Below the pieces are notes generated by a model, which was not told the DNA's origin, searched no databases, and saw nothing but the letters and a program-made list of their open reading frames with translations. Below, in pieces: positions 1-9,725 of a DNA stretch of 64,000 bases (position 1 is the stretch's first letter; every line of letters begins with the position of its first letter). Location of the stretch: assembly GCA_965218435.1 (NCBI GenBank), contig CBDCKW010000009.1, positions 1,568,001 to 1,632,000 of the forward strand. Reading direction: 5' to 3'. The stretch is from Truepera sp. (GTDB lineage Bacteria; Deinococcota; Deinococci; Deinococcales; Trueperaceae). The position numbers were made by a program, and so were the translations under genes.

Positions 1-81
1 GGATGGCAACTAGCAATTAGGGTACGCTATGTATCAAGGAGATGCACGGGAATGCGTCCAGCACGCCGTAAAGAGACGGTT

Positions 82-255
82 TTAGCCGTCTTTACTGCCC
101 TGATAAAACGGCGAACGCCGATGACCACAGAGTGCCCACAGTATCGGCAACTAACTCAAACACACTGCGAAGGGCAAGCCGAGAAGCGACCAGTCGCCGG
201 GGAGGAAAACCGTCAGCGCCAGCCCCAAGAGTGTGGTAAGGATAGCTCGAGTCAT
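82..255 (-). pseudogene. possible small membrane protein with an internal TAG (151-153)
   Basis: ATG at 255 after AGGTG reads MTRAILTTLLGLALTVFLPGDWSLLGLPFAVCLS*, then continues in frame as LPILWALCGHRRSPFYQGSKDG*. Confidence 0.3.
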
Positions 256-413
256 CTTCACCTACTCACCTCAGCCTGGTAAGCCGCACGTCGTCTACCA
301 TTCCCGCCACGGGCGCACGCACTCACTGCCGGACTAAGAAACGGGGCGCTTACCGTAGGCTACAGCTGTCGGTTCAGCTGTTCAGCCGGAGCGCGGCGCG
401 GTACGCTGCAAAG

Positions 414-1058
414 ATGCTCTCACGCGACCAGGCCAAACGGTACTATGACCGCTACGCCGCCAAACAAGACGGCGCGAGCTATGAAGATGGACCGCTCGAG
501 ACGCTGCTGGGACACGCCGACTTCGGCGCGGCGCAAACTGTGTTCGAGCTGGGGTGTGGTACGGGCCGGTTCGCAGAGCAGGTGTTAAACGAGCTGCCAG
601 AGAACGCGACCTATTCCGGCACCGATTTGAGCAGCAAGATGGTCGCGCTGACACAGACGCATTTAGCCCGCTTCGGTGACCGTGCGAAGGTCACCCAAAC
701 CGACGGTTCGTTTCCTTGGCCTTTAGGAGCTAGGAGTATGGACCGCGTACTCAGCTGTTACGTGTTAGACCTCTTGCCGGACGATGAGATTACGGCGGTG
801 CTGACCGAGGCGGCGAGGGTCCTCCGGCCCGGTGGCCGCCTCTGCTTGGCGAACCTGACAGATGGGACAACACCGGTGTCGAGCCTTAACATGTGGCGGT
901 GGCGCGTGTTGTACCGGCTTAGTCCGCTCTGGGTCGGTGGGTGTCGGCCTCAAAACCTGGCGGGACGTTTAGACACGCGTACCTGGAAGCTGCTTCATCA
1001 CAAGACCGTCGTGTCTCGGCTGATGCCTTCGGAAATTATTGTGGCTGAGCGCATTTGA
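414..1058 (+). CDS. class I SAM-dependent methyltransferase
   Basis: Motif I VFELGCGTG and a post-II RVLRPGG motif; leaderless TACGCT-N6-ATG. Confidence 0.9.
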   Translation: MLSRDQAKRYYDRYAAKQDGASYEDGPLETLLGHADFGAAQTVFELGCGTGRFAEQVLNELPENATYSGTDLSSKMVALTQTHLARFGDRAKVTQTDGSFPWPLGARSMDRVLSCYVLDLLPDDEITAVLTEAARVLRPGGRLCLANLTDGTTPVSSLNMWRWRVLYRLSPLWVGGCRPQNLAGRLDTRTWKLLHHKTVVSRLMPSEIIVAERI

Positions 1059-1125
1059 GCTGGGTTGACGTTTACTTTTATATTTCAGGTGAAGAGCAAA
1101 CGCCTTTTTCCGAACGACTGACTTC

Positions 1126-1235
1126 TAGAAGCCATCTCGAAAACCCTTTTTGGGAAGCCCAAAAGGGTTTGACCGAGCTAGGCGAGTAAGATCGAACGCT
1201 CGCAATCTGAAAAATAATCTTTGAGATAGGTTCTA
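1126..1235. mobile_element. putative MITE (110 bp) with imperfect terminal inverted repeats
   Basis: Left end TAGAAGCCATCTCGAA vs reverse complement of right end TAGAACCTATCTCAAA (13/16 match); TA at both ends; internal hairpin 1141-1170; lies between convergent genes. Confidence 0.5.
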
Positions 1236-1256
1236 TTTCTTTAACATCAACAGAGT

Positions 1257-1829
1257 CTAGCTATTTAGTTGTCGCCTCAGCCACCACCTTTTGAACCGGG
1301 GTACGAGCAGATAGACGAGCAGCGAAACGTCGAGCAGCAGCTCAGATACGCTGAACACGCCGCCGTAGTGCGCTGGGTCCCAGTAGCTGACGGGGCTCGA
1401 GAACCGCAGTGACCAGTTAAACGGGAATAAAAGGAGCGGCCCGTCGTTATGGTGCGTCAGGATGTCGAACGTGGTGTGCAGGGCGCAGCTCAGCAAAAAC
1501 CAGCGGAGCCAGCGTCTGCCGGGGTTCAGCCGTTTGGGGCCGAGCCAAGACAGACCGATACCCGCCGCCAAGACAAGGGGCGCGTGCAGCAGGTTGTGCG
1601 ACACGACCCAGAGCGGATTGGTGTAAAAGAGCCGGTCGTACATCAGTGCGCTCGCGTCGGCGAGAGGCATTCCGGCAACGAGCGGGTAGTACAAAAAGCC
1701 GCCGAGCGAGAGCAGATAGAGAGGCAAATCGGGCGCGACCGAGCCCCACAAGACGGCTGAAAGCGGTACCGTCCAAAACGCACGTTTGCGGAGCGCCGCG
1801 GTGATGATGGCGTGGGAGGGCGTGTTCAT
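1257..1829 (-). CDS. membrane-bound metal-dependent hydrolase (YdjM/DUF457-like)
   Basis: MNTPSH start, APDL, HNLLH and LHTTFDILTHHNDG metal-ligand motifs; start reassigned to ATG 1829. Confidence 0.75.
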   Translation of the reverse strand: MNTPSHAIITAALRKRAFWTVPLSAVLWGSVAPDLPLYLLSLGGFLYYPLVAGMPLADASALMYDRLFYTNPLWVVSHNLLHAPLVLAAGIGLSWLGPKRLNPGRRWLRWFLLSCALHTTFDILTHHNDGPLLLFPFNWSLRFSSPVSYWDPAHYGGVFSVSELLLDVSLLVYLLVPRFKRWWLRRQLNS

Positions 1830-1851
1830 CGCATTACCAGAAACCGTAGCA

Positions 1852-2691
1852 CTAAGCGGTCCGAACGGTCTCGAGGGTGCGCTCGAGTAGTAGTAAGAGC
1901 ACCACACCGGGGAGCGACGCCAACAGCGCCAACCCTGCCGCCACCGGGTCGAGCAGCCCACCGCCTGAAAGTTTAGCGAATAATAGGGTCGGCAACGTCT
2001 CAATCTGGCCACGGCCGACTAAAAAGGTCAGCAAGAACAGATTTGACGACACCAAAAAGACGAACAACCAGCCCGCCAACAGCCCTGGCAACAAGAGCGG
2101 CACCGTCACGAGCCAAAACGCCCAAAACGGCCCCGCGCCAAGCACTCGAGCTTGCGCTTCGTAGTCCGTTCCCAGTCCCTGAAACGACGCGGTAAGGACG
2201 CGCGTTAGATAGGGAATCGTCGGGATGAGATGCGCCAAAATGACGCCCAGATAGCTGCCGGTCAGCCCGAAGGTTGAAAACAGCAAGACCACGCCCAGCC
2301 CCACCGCGATTTCAGGGACGATCAGGGGCGTTAAGAGGACGAATTCGGCGGCGCTTTTGCCCGGAAAGCTGCGGGTGGCGAGGACTCTGGCCGCTGGTAG
2401 ACAGATCACCGTGCAGAGCAGCGTGACAAGCAGAGCAATCACGACGGTGTTGAGCAGCGCCCCGACCGCACCCGAAACGGGCGAAAAGATGTAATCCCAC
2501 CCGACCGGCAGCCGCGCGTCCCCCCTGGCCTGCCACCACCACGCACTCGGCAACAGGTCGGGCCACGACCAGCGAAACGCGACCGACGCAACGACTAAAG
2601 GAACGAAGGGACCCGCGAGCGCGAGCACAGCGAGCAGCAGGTACGTGCGTGAAAAAAAGCTGCGCCTTTTGGAGGTTCTAAAATCAGGCAC
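1852..2691 (-). CDS. ABC transporter permease (YnjC/PotC-like)
   Basis: Multiple TM segments and EAA loop YEAQARVLGA; GTG at 2691 overlaps the upstream stop. Confidence 0.88.
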   Translation of the reverse strand: MPDFRTSKRRSFFSRTYLLLAVLALAGPFVPLVVASVAFRWSWPDLLPSAWWWQARGDARLPVGWDYIFSPVSGAVGALLNTVVIALLVTLLCTVICLPAARVLATRSFPGKSAAEFVLLTPLIVPEIAVGLGVVLLFSTFGLTGSYLGVILAHLIPTIPYLTRVLTASFQGLGTDYEAQARVLGAGPFWAFWLVTVPLLLPGLLAGWLFVFLVSSNLFLLTFLVGRGQIETLPTLLFAKLSGGGLLDPVAAGLALLASLPGVVLLLLLERTLETVRTA

Positions 2692-3584
2692 TAGACCCGC
2701 CCCCAACGACGCTCGAGCCCCCGGTATAGCAGCAGATACCCGAGCAGCAGCACGCTGAGGAGCGCACATACGACGACCACAATTGCCGCGCCGTAAAGCC
2801 GCCGCTCGACATCCGCGTCGCTAAATGCCCGCCACGCCGCGACCGGCAGCGTGTTGGGTTCGCCGCCTAAAATCAGCGGCACCTCGAACGCGCCGAAGTT
2901 AAAGGCAAAGACGATCAAGGTCGCCGAGACAATCCCAGGGACGAGGCGCGGGAGCGTCACGAGCCAGAAGACCTGCCGGGGCTTTGCCCCCAACAGGGCC
3001 GCTGCCGCCTCGAGATTGGGGCCTTGACCCGCTAAGACGGAAGTCAGGAGCAGCGTCTGAAACGGCACCTGTTTCCACAAGTACACCAGCATCACCCCGA
3101 TACCGCCGGTCGTATGTAAGAGCCGGGGAAAGTCGTTGGTGGTGTGGATCACGCCGAGTGCGAAGAGCAGCCGAGCGATCAAGCCACCGTTTGACCAGAC
3201 GAGCAGCGTCAGGGCGACGCCGACCAGATACGGCACCATCAGCGGCAGTTTGTACACGACACTGACGAGCCGGTACCCACGCATCTTTGGCAGATGCGGA
3301 CGCAGAAGTAACGCCAGATAGACGCTTAAAACGGTGCCGAGCACGGTCGGCACAAAGGCGTAGCGGAGGGTGAGCGCGAGCGACGCCCAAAAGTCCGGCG
3401 CAGCCCACGCCGCCCGGTAGTAGCGGAGCGTCGGAAAAGTGTTGACGCCGTAAAGGGGCGCGTAGCCGAAGCTCTGTAAGGAGACGGTCACGAGCGCCCC
3501 TAGATAGAGGACGCCTAAGACCAAAAGCGGGGGCGAGAGCTGCAACAGTGTGCTGAGCCAGCGCCGTCGCCGTCTCGGTGACAC
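2691..3584 (-). CDS. ABC transporter permease (YnjC/PotB-like)
   Basis: TM segments and EAA loop LEAAAALLGA. Confidence 0.88.
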   Translation of the reverse strand: MSPRRRRRWLSTLLQLSPPLLVLGVLYLGALVTVSLQSFGYAPLYGVNTFPTLRYYRAAWAAPDFWASLALTLRYAFVPTVLGTVLSVYLALLLRPHLPKMRGYRLVSVVYKLPLMVPYLVGVALTLLVWSNGGLIARLLFALGVIHTTNDFPRLLHTTGGIGVMLVYLWKQVPFQTLLLTSVLAGQGPNLEAAAALLGAKPRQVFWLVTLPRLVPGIVSATLIVFAFNFGAFEVPLILGGEPNTLPVAAWRAFSDADVERRLYGAAIVVVVCALLSVLLLGYLLLYRGLERRWGRV

Positions 3585-3604
3585 TTCGGTGTGCAGCTCA
3601 GAAG

Positions 3605-4957
3605 TCAGGGGCGGGCCTCAAACGCTGACGCGACGATCGCTTCAAAGGGTCGCTGCGAATCTTGCGCAATGTACTCGAGCCACACGCTTTGGATCAGATC
3701 AACCAGAGAAGCGTTGGTGTCAGGCACTTCAAACTGCGCCAGTTCGTCGAAGGTGACGCCGCGCAGGTCGGGGGCGGCGGCCTCGACTGCGGCCTGCTGC
3801 GTTTTATCCAAGAGTGGGATGTCTACACCGGGAAAGTAGCCGAGGGCCGCGAGTTGGTCGGCTTGGCTCTGAGGGCTCGAGAGTGCGTTCGCCAGTACCA
3901 GAGCCGCAGCCGGATGCGGCGCTGTTGAAGGAATCGCCAGGTAGCTTTTATTTGCCAGCATCCCGGACTCCGGGAAGATGACGTTTTCGACCGTTTCCGG
4001 GTACGTGCCGTTTTGGACGCCGACGGCGGCAGTAAACGCGCCCATCTGACAGAGCATGTCCACCTCACCGTTGACCAAAAAGGCTTCGTTGGCGGCTTGC
4101 GTTTCGGGATAGATGGGTTGACCCTGAGCGCCGCCAAGCAGGAGAGGCTCCAACCGTTTGAGATAGTCAAACCCCGGTTTTGTCAGGCGAGCGAATTCGG
4201 CAGGCGTGAAGGTGTCCGCCGCACGCAAGAACGGGTCGGCCCCGGTATCTTTGTCGGTGGCATCCGGGTTAAAGGCGTACAACACGCTCTGCACGAAGGT
4301 GTTGCCGATGTAGTTGGGTGGGCGCACGTAGGTAAAGCGGCCGGGGTTTTCGGTCAGAAAGGTCTCGAGTTCGGCGTAGGTGCGGGGCGCGTCGCCTCGC
4401 TCGAGCCTCGCCGTATCTACCAGACAGGTGTACTGAAACTTCGCCCACGGCACCTCTTGGAGCCGGGTCGGGTAGCCGTTATCGTTGAGGTTAATCCGAG
4501 CTTTGGGATCATTTTTGTCCAGATAAAAATACTTCGCGTTCGGCAGCTCAGCGGTAAACGGCCCAAAGAGCAGCGCCTGCTGGTCCAAGGTAAAAAAGTT
4601 TTCGCCGTTGATCCACACGAGGTCGGCGCTGCCCGCCCCGAGACCACGCCCGGCCGCCGCGTCCGCGATAATCTGGTCTACAGCGTCGCGGGTGTCGGGG
4701 ACACGCAGCGAGCTTAAACTCAGGCCGAGCTTGTTCAGCTCAGGTTTGACGGCTGTGTCTACCCAAAAGTTGAGTTCTTCAGAGCCGCCCCAGTACGCCC
4801 AGACGACCTCGCCTTCGGTTTGCGCCCTCGAGACCACTTCGTCCCACGGCACCTCACCCGCCAGAAACGCTTTTTGAAACGCGGCTGGGGCGTCGGGGGT
4901 CTGCGCGAACGCAGAGCTGAACAGGACAACGATAAGTATGAGTAGATAGCGAATCAT
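3605..4957 (-). CDS. ABC transporter substrate-binding protein, YnjB-like
   Basis: Signal peptide MIRYLLILIVVLFSSAFA, YnjB-type motifs WGGS, DLVWINGENF and NPGRFTY; AAGGAG RBS. Confidence 0.85.
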   Translation of the reverse strand: MIRYLLILIVVLFSSAFAQTPDAPAAFQKAFLAGEVPWDEVVSRAQTEGEVVWAYWGGSEELNFWVDTAVKPELNKLGLSLSSLRVPDTRDAVDQIIADAAAGRGLGAGSADLVWINGENFFTLDQQALLFGPFTAELPNAKYFYLDKNDPKARINLNDNGYPTRLQEVPWAKFQYTCLVDTARLERGDAPRTYAELETFLTENPGRFTYVRPPNYIGNTFVQSVLYAFNPDATDKDTGADPFLRAADTFTPAEFARLTKPGFDYLKRLEPLLLGGAQGQPIYPETQAANEAFLVNGEVDMLCQMGAFTAAVGVQNGTYPETVENVIFPESGMLANKSYLAIPSTAPHPAAALVLANALSSPQSQADQLAALGYFPGVDIPLLDKTQQAAVEAAAPDLRGVTFDELAQFEVPDTNASLVDLIQSVWLEYIAQDSQRPFEAIVASAFEARP

Positions 4958-4980
4958 AAGAAACTCCTTTGTAGGTGGTT

Positions 4981-6063
4981 TCATTTGGGGAATACCACCA
5001 GATGTTCAGCGGGCAGGGTCAGGCGGACGGGCGTACCGGGCGAGAGAGCTTGCCGGGTACTGTAGACGCTAAAGGTCAGGTCGAGCTGGCTGATATGGAC
5101 GGCGTAACGCACCGACTCACCCTGATAGGTCGTCTGCGTAATCCGCCCAAGCAGCTTGTTAGGCGCGTCGTCCGTGTCCAGCTCAGGTTCAGCTTCCAAA
5201 CAGATATGTTCGGGCCGAATCGTCACGGTAGCAGCTTGGCCGTCTCTTTGGGCGACTTCGGTGCAGAGCCGCAAATACCCCGCCGCGTGGCGCAACACCG
5301 GTTTGCCGGAACACGCCTCGAGCCGACCCGAGATAAAATTCGACGCGCCCATAAAGCGGGCGACCGCCGGGGTTCTAGGGCGTTCAAAAATCTCTCGCGG
5401 CGAGCCGAACTGCTCGAGCCTCCCGCCAAACATCACCCCGATCACGTCCGAAAGCGCCAGCGCGACCTTTTGGTCGTGGGTTACAAACACCGTCGTGATC
5501 TCTAACCGGCGTTGCAAGTCACGAACCGTACTCCGCAACTCGTCACGCAAGTTGGCGTCCAAACTCGATAGGGGCTCGTCTAAAAGCAAAACGCGCGGTT
5601 CGGTCACGAGCGTCCGGGCGAGCGCGACGCGCTGCTGCTGGCCGCCGGAGAGTTGCGCAGGGAAACGAGCCTCGAGCCCCTCCAACGAGACGGCCTCTAG
5701 TGCCGCCCCGATCCGCCTTTTGAGTTCAGCGCCCCGTACCCCACGCAGCCGCAGACCGAAGCCCACGTTGCCGCGCACTGTAAGGTGAGGAAACAAGGTC
5801 GGTTGCTGGAAGACCATCCCGAGCCCGCGTCTTTCGGGCGGTAATCCCAACACCGACGCGCCGTTAAAGCGCACGTCGCCCTCATCGGGTTGCAGCAGCC
5901 CTGCAATCAGTTTTAAGGTCGTCGTTTTGCCGCACCCCGACGGCCCCAACAGCGTCAGAAGTTGGCCACGGGGTAGCGTCAGCGACAAGCCGTCTACAAC
6001 CAGCGCGTCACCGTAGCGTTTGCTGAGGTTTTCCAAACTGAGGCTGGCGGCAGTCGTCATCAA
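4981..6063 (-). CDS. ABC transporter ATP-binding protein (PotA-like, TOBE domain)
   Basis: Walker A GPSGCGKT, signature LSGGQQQR, Walker B LLLDEP. Confidence 0.95.
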   Translation of the reverse strand: MMTTAASLSLENLSKRYGDALVVDGLSLTLPRGQLLTLLGPSGCGKTTTLKLIAGLLQPDEGDVRFNGASVLGLPPERRGLGMVFQQPTLFPHLTVRGNVGFGLRLRGVRGAELKRRIGAALEAVSLEGLEARFPAQLSGGQQQRVALARTLVTEPRVLLLDEPLSSLDANLRDELRSTVRDLQRRLEITTVFVTHDQKVALALSDVIGVMFGGRLEQFGSPREIFERPRTPAVARFMGASNFISGRLEACSGKPVLRHAAGYLRLCTEVAQRDGQAATVTIRPEHICLEAEPELDTDDAPNKLLGRITQTTYQGESVRYAVHISQLDLTFSVYSTRQALSPGTPVRLTLPAEHLVVFPK

Positions 6064-6072
6064 AAGAACACG

Positions 6073-6681
6073 CTACCGTAGAGTACGCGCCGCCCACCAG
6101 AGCCGCTGTGAGACGGTCACGAGGACGAGCGCGGCGAACACGCTAAAGAGCAGCACGATTTGCCCCGGCCAGATGAGAAACACGCAGTACGCTACCACCG
6201 TCTCAGCCCCTTCAATCAGGCCGCTCGGCATAGTGATACTTGTCTTTTCACCCTGCGCCCCCGCCCCCTGCTGACGTTTTTCTAACAGCGCCGCCAGATA
6301 GAGCCACGACGCACTGTTGAGGTAGTACACCGCGAGCAGCAGCGCCACACTGAGATACGCGGCCGGGGACGGCGCGGCGGCGACGAGCGCGATAGGCAGC
6401 GCAGCGTAGATGACCGTATCGAGCAAGATGTCCAGGTAGCCACCGAAATCGCTCTGCCGCGCCTGAAACCGAGCGGCGCTCCCGTCTAACCCGTCGAGCA
6501 CGCGGTTAGCGAGCCATAACCCGAGGGCCAGGAGCGGTTCGTGTAACAGCACGGCCCCTACCGCCAGGACGCCGAACCCAAAAGCAACGAGCGTCAGGAG
6601 GATAGGGTGAATCCTCTGGGTCAGCCGGGCAGCCGGGACGAGCAACCGCTCTTTAGGGGGGCGCAAAACTTTGTCGAGCAC
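6073..6681 (-). CDS. CDP-alcohol phosphatidyltransferase family protein (YnjF-like)
   Basis: DGLDGSAAR...GGYLDILLD signature. Confidence 0.9.
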   Translation of the reverse strand: MLDKVLRPPKERLLVPAARLTQRIHPILLTLVAFGFGVLAVGAVLLHEPLLALGLWLANRVLDGLDGSAARFQARQSDFGGYLDILLDTVIYAALPIALVAAAPSPAAYLSVALLLAVYYLNSASWLYLAALLEKRQQGAGAQGEKTSITMPSGLIEGAETVVAYCVFLIWPGQIVLLFSVFAALVLVTVSQRLWWAARTLR

Positions 6682-6789
6682 AGCGTCGTCTCCGGTGGCG
6701 TCTCCTGGGGTACAGGTCTAGGCGAAGTTGGGCGTTCAGGTCACGGAGCTAAGCGTTGCTAACGCAACTTAAGTCTAACCCAAGGTTTT

Positions 6790-8253
6790 TTAATCGGCGG
6801 GCAGCGCCTCTTGGCGAGGCGCGTGTGACGTATTCGTTTGCTTCGGCCCCGCCCAGCGGTAACGCAGATACGCGCCGAGTTCACGGGGCAGTTTAGGCAG
6901 CGTTTCAAAGACAAACGCGTCCGCCGCTTTTTTAATGCCTTCAGAGAGAACCGGGTAAGGAATCACGAGTCCGGAGAGTTTGTAGAGCGACAGGCCGTCG
7001 TAGACCGCTGCTGTCAAGAGTGAAATCATCTCTGAAGCTTTGGGCGCGACGATGGTTGCACCCAGAATACGCCCGGTCAAACGCACCGCGTGAATCTGCA
7101 CAAAGCCGCGCTCCAGGTCTTCGGTGTAGCCTTTATCGGTTTTCGTGAGGTCAATCGTGAGCGTTTTAAGCAGCGCCGGGTGATAGCGTTTTTCGAGCTC
7201 AGCTAGGATCGGGCCGATTTCAGCGACTTCGGGAGCCGTAAAGGTCGCGCTCGGGTAAGGGGGTTCGGGTTTCCAGGTGGGTAAAAAGGGAAAAGCCAAC
7301 CTCTGCACGACGCGCCGCCCCTGTGCGTTCGCCGAGTGGGTGTAGTGCGAGGTCGGGTTGACGTCGCCGATGGCGTAAATCCCTTTGACATCGGTTGCCC
7401 CGTAGGAGTCGGTCGGAATACCGTATTTGTCGAACGAAACCCCAGCGGACTCGAGCCCCAACCCTGCCGTATTAGGTACGCGCCCGACCGCCAAGAGTAC
7501 CTTGTCTACGCTGGTGAGCGCCTTGCGCTGAGCGTTTTGCCCCACCCACAGCGTATGCGTCAGCTCGTCGTAATCCGTGGGTTGTGCGCCCAGATAGAGG
7601 TCAATCCCGGCCTCCCGCATCGCTTCAGCGATGACGTCGGAGACTTTCGGCTCCGACGCCGAGAGAACCCGGTCAGAACGGTTGATCAGCGTTACGCGGC
7701 TACCGAGTTTGCGAAAGGCGAACGCCATTTCGGAGCCGACCACGCCGCCTCCGACGATGACCAAATGCTCGGGTTTAGCGGACAACTCGAACAAACTTTC
7801 ATTCGTCAGGGTCCGCGCTTCGGGCAAGCCCTCAATGGTGATACGCCTCGGACTCGAGCCCGTCGCCACGACGATATTGCGGGCGCTCAGCTCGCGGGTT
7901 TCACCGGTCGCCAGGGTGACCTCGAGCCGGTCAGCATCTAAAAACGTCGCCCGCCCCTCGAAAAAGGTCAAATTTTTCATCCCTTTGACCCAAGCCGTCT
8001 CCTCGTCACGCAGGTGGTTGCGCTTCTCCTGCACGTGCGCCAAAATCTCGGCGGGTGAGCGCCCGCCTGGGTAGGTCACAAGATGAATCAATGTTTTTGA
8101 CGGCACACAGCCGACGTTGGTACAGTCGCCGCCGACCGCGTTCGCCTCGACGAGCGCCACCTGTTTGCCGAGTTTAGACAGACCCACAGCGACAGTCAGC
8201 CCACCTGACCCGGAGCCGATGACAAGGGTGTGAAATGTCGTGTGATCCGTCAT
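6790..8253 (-). CDS. pyridine nucleotide-disulfide oxidoreductase (mercuric reductase-like)
   Basis: GSGSGG FAD motif, redox CTNVGC, GGGVVG NAD motif, YPVLSE; no C-terminal CC pair and no N-terminal metal-binding domain. Confidence 0.9.
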   Translation of the reverse strand: MTDHTTFHTLVIGSGSGGLTVAVGLSKLGKQVALVEANAVGGDCTNVGCVPSKTLIHLVTYPGGRSPAEILAHVQEKRNHLRDEETAWVKGMKNLTFFEGRATFLDADRLEVTLATGETRELSARNIVVATGSSPRRITIEGLPEARTLTNESLFELSAKPEHLVIVGGGVVGSEMAFAFRKLGSRVTLINRSDRVLSASEPKVSDVIAEAMREAGIDLYLGAQPTDYDELTHTLWVGQNAQRKALTSVDKVLLAVGRVPNTAGLGLESAGVSFDKYGIPTDSYGATDVKGIYAIGDVNPTSHYTHSANAQGRRVVQRLAFPFLPTWKPEPPYPSATFTAPEVAEIGPILAELEKRYHPALLKTLTIDLTKTDKGYTEDLERGFVQIHAVRLTGRILGATIVAPKASEMISLLTAAVYDGLSLYKLSGLVIPYPVLSEGIKKAADAFVFETLPKLPRELGAYLRYRWAGPKQTNTSHAPRQEALPAD

Positions 8254-8993
8254 GCCGTCTCCTTTTGACGCCCCTGCTCACGCCGCTTGAGAAGCCTTGA
8301 ACCAAGTAAACTCAGCGCAAAAATCGCTACTGACGCAATCAGTACGCCCGCGTTCACGCTCGGCAAGCCCTTTGAGAAGTCCCCGTCGGTAGACGCGCCG
8401 AAGAGCACGAACGCCACCGTACCGGGGAGCGAGCCGAGCACTGTCGCCAAGATAAACGGCGCGTAGCGCACCCGCAAAAAGCCCGCCAGATAGTTGACTA
8501 AGTCGTAAGGCAAAAAGAGAAAGCGCATCGTCAACACGGTTTCAAAAGCGTTGCGGCGCAGGCGGTCGGCGTAACCTTGCAAGCGGCCCTCGGGTTTGCC
8601 CGACCCTTCAGCCAAAACCCCACGCCCGAAAAAGGTCCCGATCACATACGCCAAACTCGCGCCCAGGTTTGCCCCGATGATGGTGTAAACGATCCCTAAC
8701 ACCGGCCCGTACAAAAACCCGGCTCCGACGGTCAACACGAGGGCCGAAAAAAAGATCAGGGGCCGCAGCGTGTAGAGCAAGATAAAGAGCAGCGGCCCGT
8801 AGGCGCTCGCGGACAAAAAGCCGACGAGCTGGCGAAAGGTCTCGAGCGGCGTCAAACCGTTGCGGGCGGTATAGAGGACGTAAGCGCCGACGAGTAAAAG
8901 CCAAAACGCGGCGGCAAAGAGCTTTTGGCCGTGTTTTCGCAGCCATGAGGGTTCGGGCGAGTCGGTGACAGCTTTAGGGGCGGACTCAGCCAT
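8250..8993 (-). CDS. TVP38/TMEM64 (DedA-like, YdjX/YdjZ) membrane protein
   Basis: LTVGAGFLYG, MRFLFLPYDLVNY and ATVLGSLPGT motifs. Confidence 0.88.
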   Translation of the reverse strand: MAESAPKAVTDSPEPSWLRKHGQKLFAAAFWLLLVGAYVLYTARNGLTPLETFRQLVGFLSASAYGPLLFILLYTLRPLIFFSALVLTVGAGFLYGPVLGIVYTIIGANLGASLAYVIGTFFGRGVLAEGSGKPEGRLQGYADRLRRNAFETVLTMRFLFLPYDLVNYLAGFLRVRYAPFILATVLGSLPGTVAFVLFGASTDGDFSKGLPSVNAGVLIASVAIFALSLLGSRLLKRREQGRQKETA

Positions 8994-9247
8994 AGCGCAC
9001 ACGACAAGGGACGGCAAAGGGTTTCATAGACCAACTCTACGGGGTCAGCCTGTTTCGTTTCTGTCTTCCATTTGTCATAAGGCGCATGACGGCTGGGCTA
9101 CATGACCTCGAGGTCACTATACTGGCAGCACCTTCCCGGACGTTTCACAGGCTTCCAAACCTGCAACTGCATAAACTGAAAACTACACCGCTCTAACTTT
9201 CAAAGCGTTGGGGTTGCCGGTTTGGTCTCGTTGCTGACACCTTTTGA

Positions 9248-9724
9248 CTATGCTGGATTGACATACCACTCAGATGCAATAGCAAAACCGTTGTCCCGCA
9301 GCATTGTCCGCTTCGGCTCGTCTAAGTGACCACAAACGACGACTGACAGGTGCGCCTCACGGCTCTCAGCTCGCTCACGCACTGCGCCTAGCAGTGCAAC
9401 CCCGACCGTAGCCCATTTCGCCGGGTCTGACACAACGAAATCATCCACCACACAGACGTTTTTACCGGGGTCATAAACTGGCGGGGGCGGGACGATACTG
9501 CCAATGATAAAGCCTTCGACCCCGCCTTCATCCCAGACCAAAGCGATAACGTTAGGACGATCGAGCAATACTTGTAAAAAGGCTTTTTGACTCTCTACCG
9601 CCCCTTCAATCTTACGCCAAAAAGTTGGCGAAAACTGTTCGTACTCCGTTCGTTTGAAGTCGGCTAGTTCGGCCATACGCTCGACATCATGAACTTGTGC
9701 AACCCGCAGCGCCACCACACTCAT
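9248..9724 (-). CDS. GNAT-like N-acetyltransferase
   Basis: PPPVYDPG..CVVDDF and WATVGVALL motifs, GF near the C-terminus. Confidence 0.7.
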   Translation of the reverse strand: MSVVALRVAQVHDVERMAELADFKRTEYEQFSPTFWRKIEGAVESQKAFLQVLLDRPNVIALVWDEGGVEGFIIGSIVPPPPVYDPGKNVCVVDDFVVSDPAKWATVGVALLGAVRERAESREAHLSVVVCGHLDEPKRTMLRDNGFAIASEWYVNPA

Positions 9725-9725
9725 T

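Noticed and set aside
6790..8253. Mercury resistance gene merA
   Set aside because: No C-terminal Cys-Cys, no NmerA domain, and no merR/T/P nearby.
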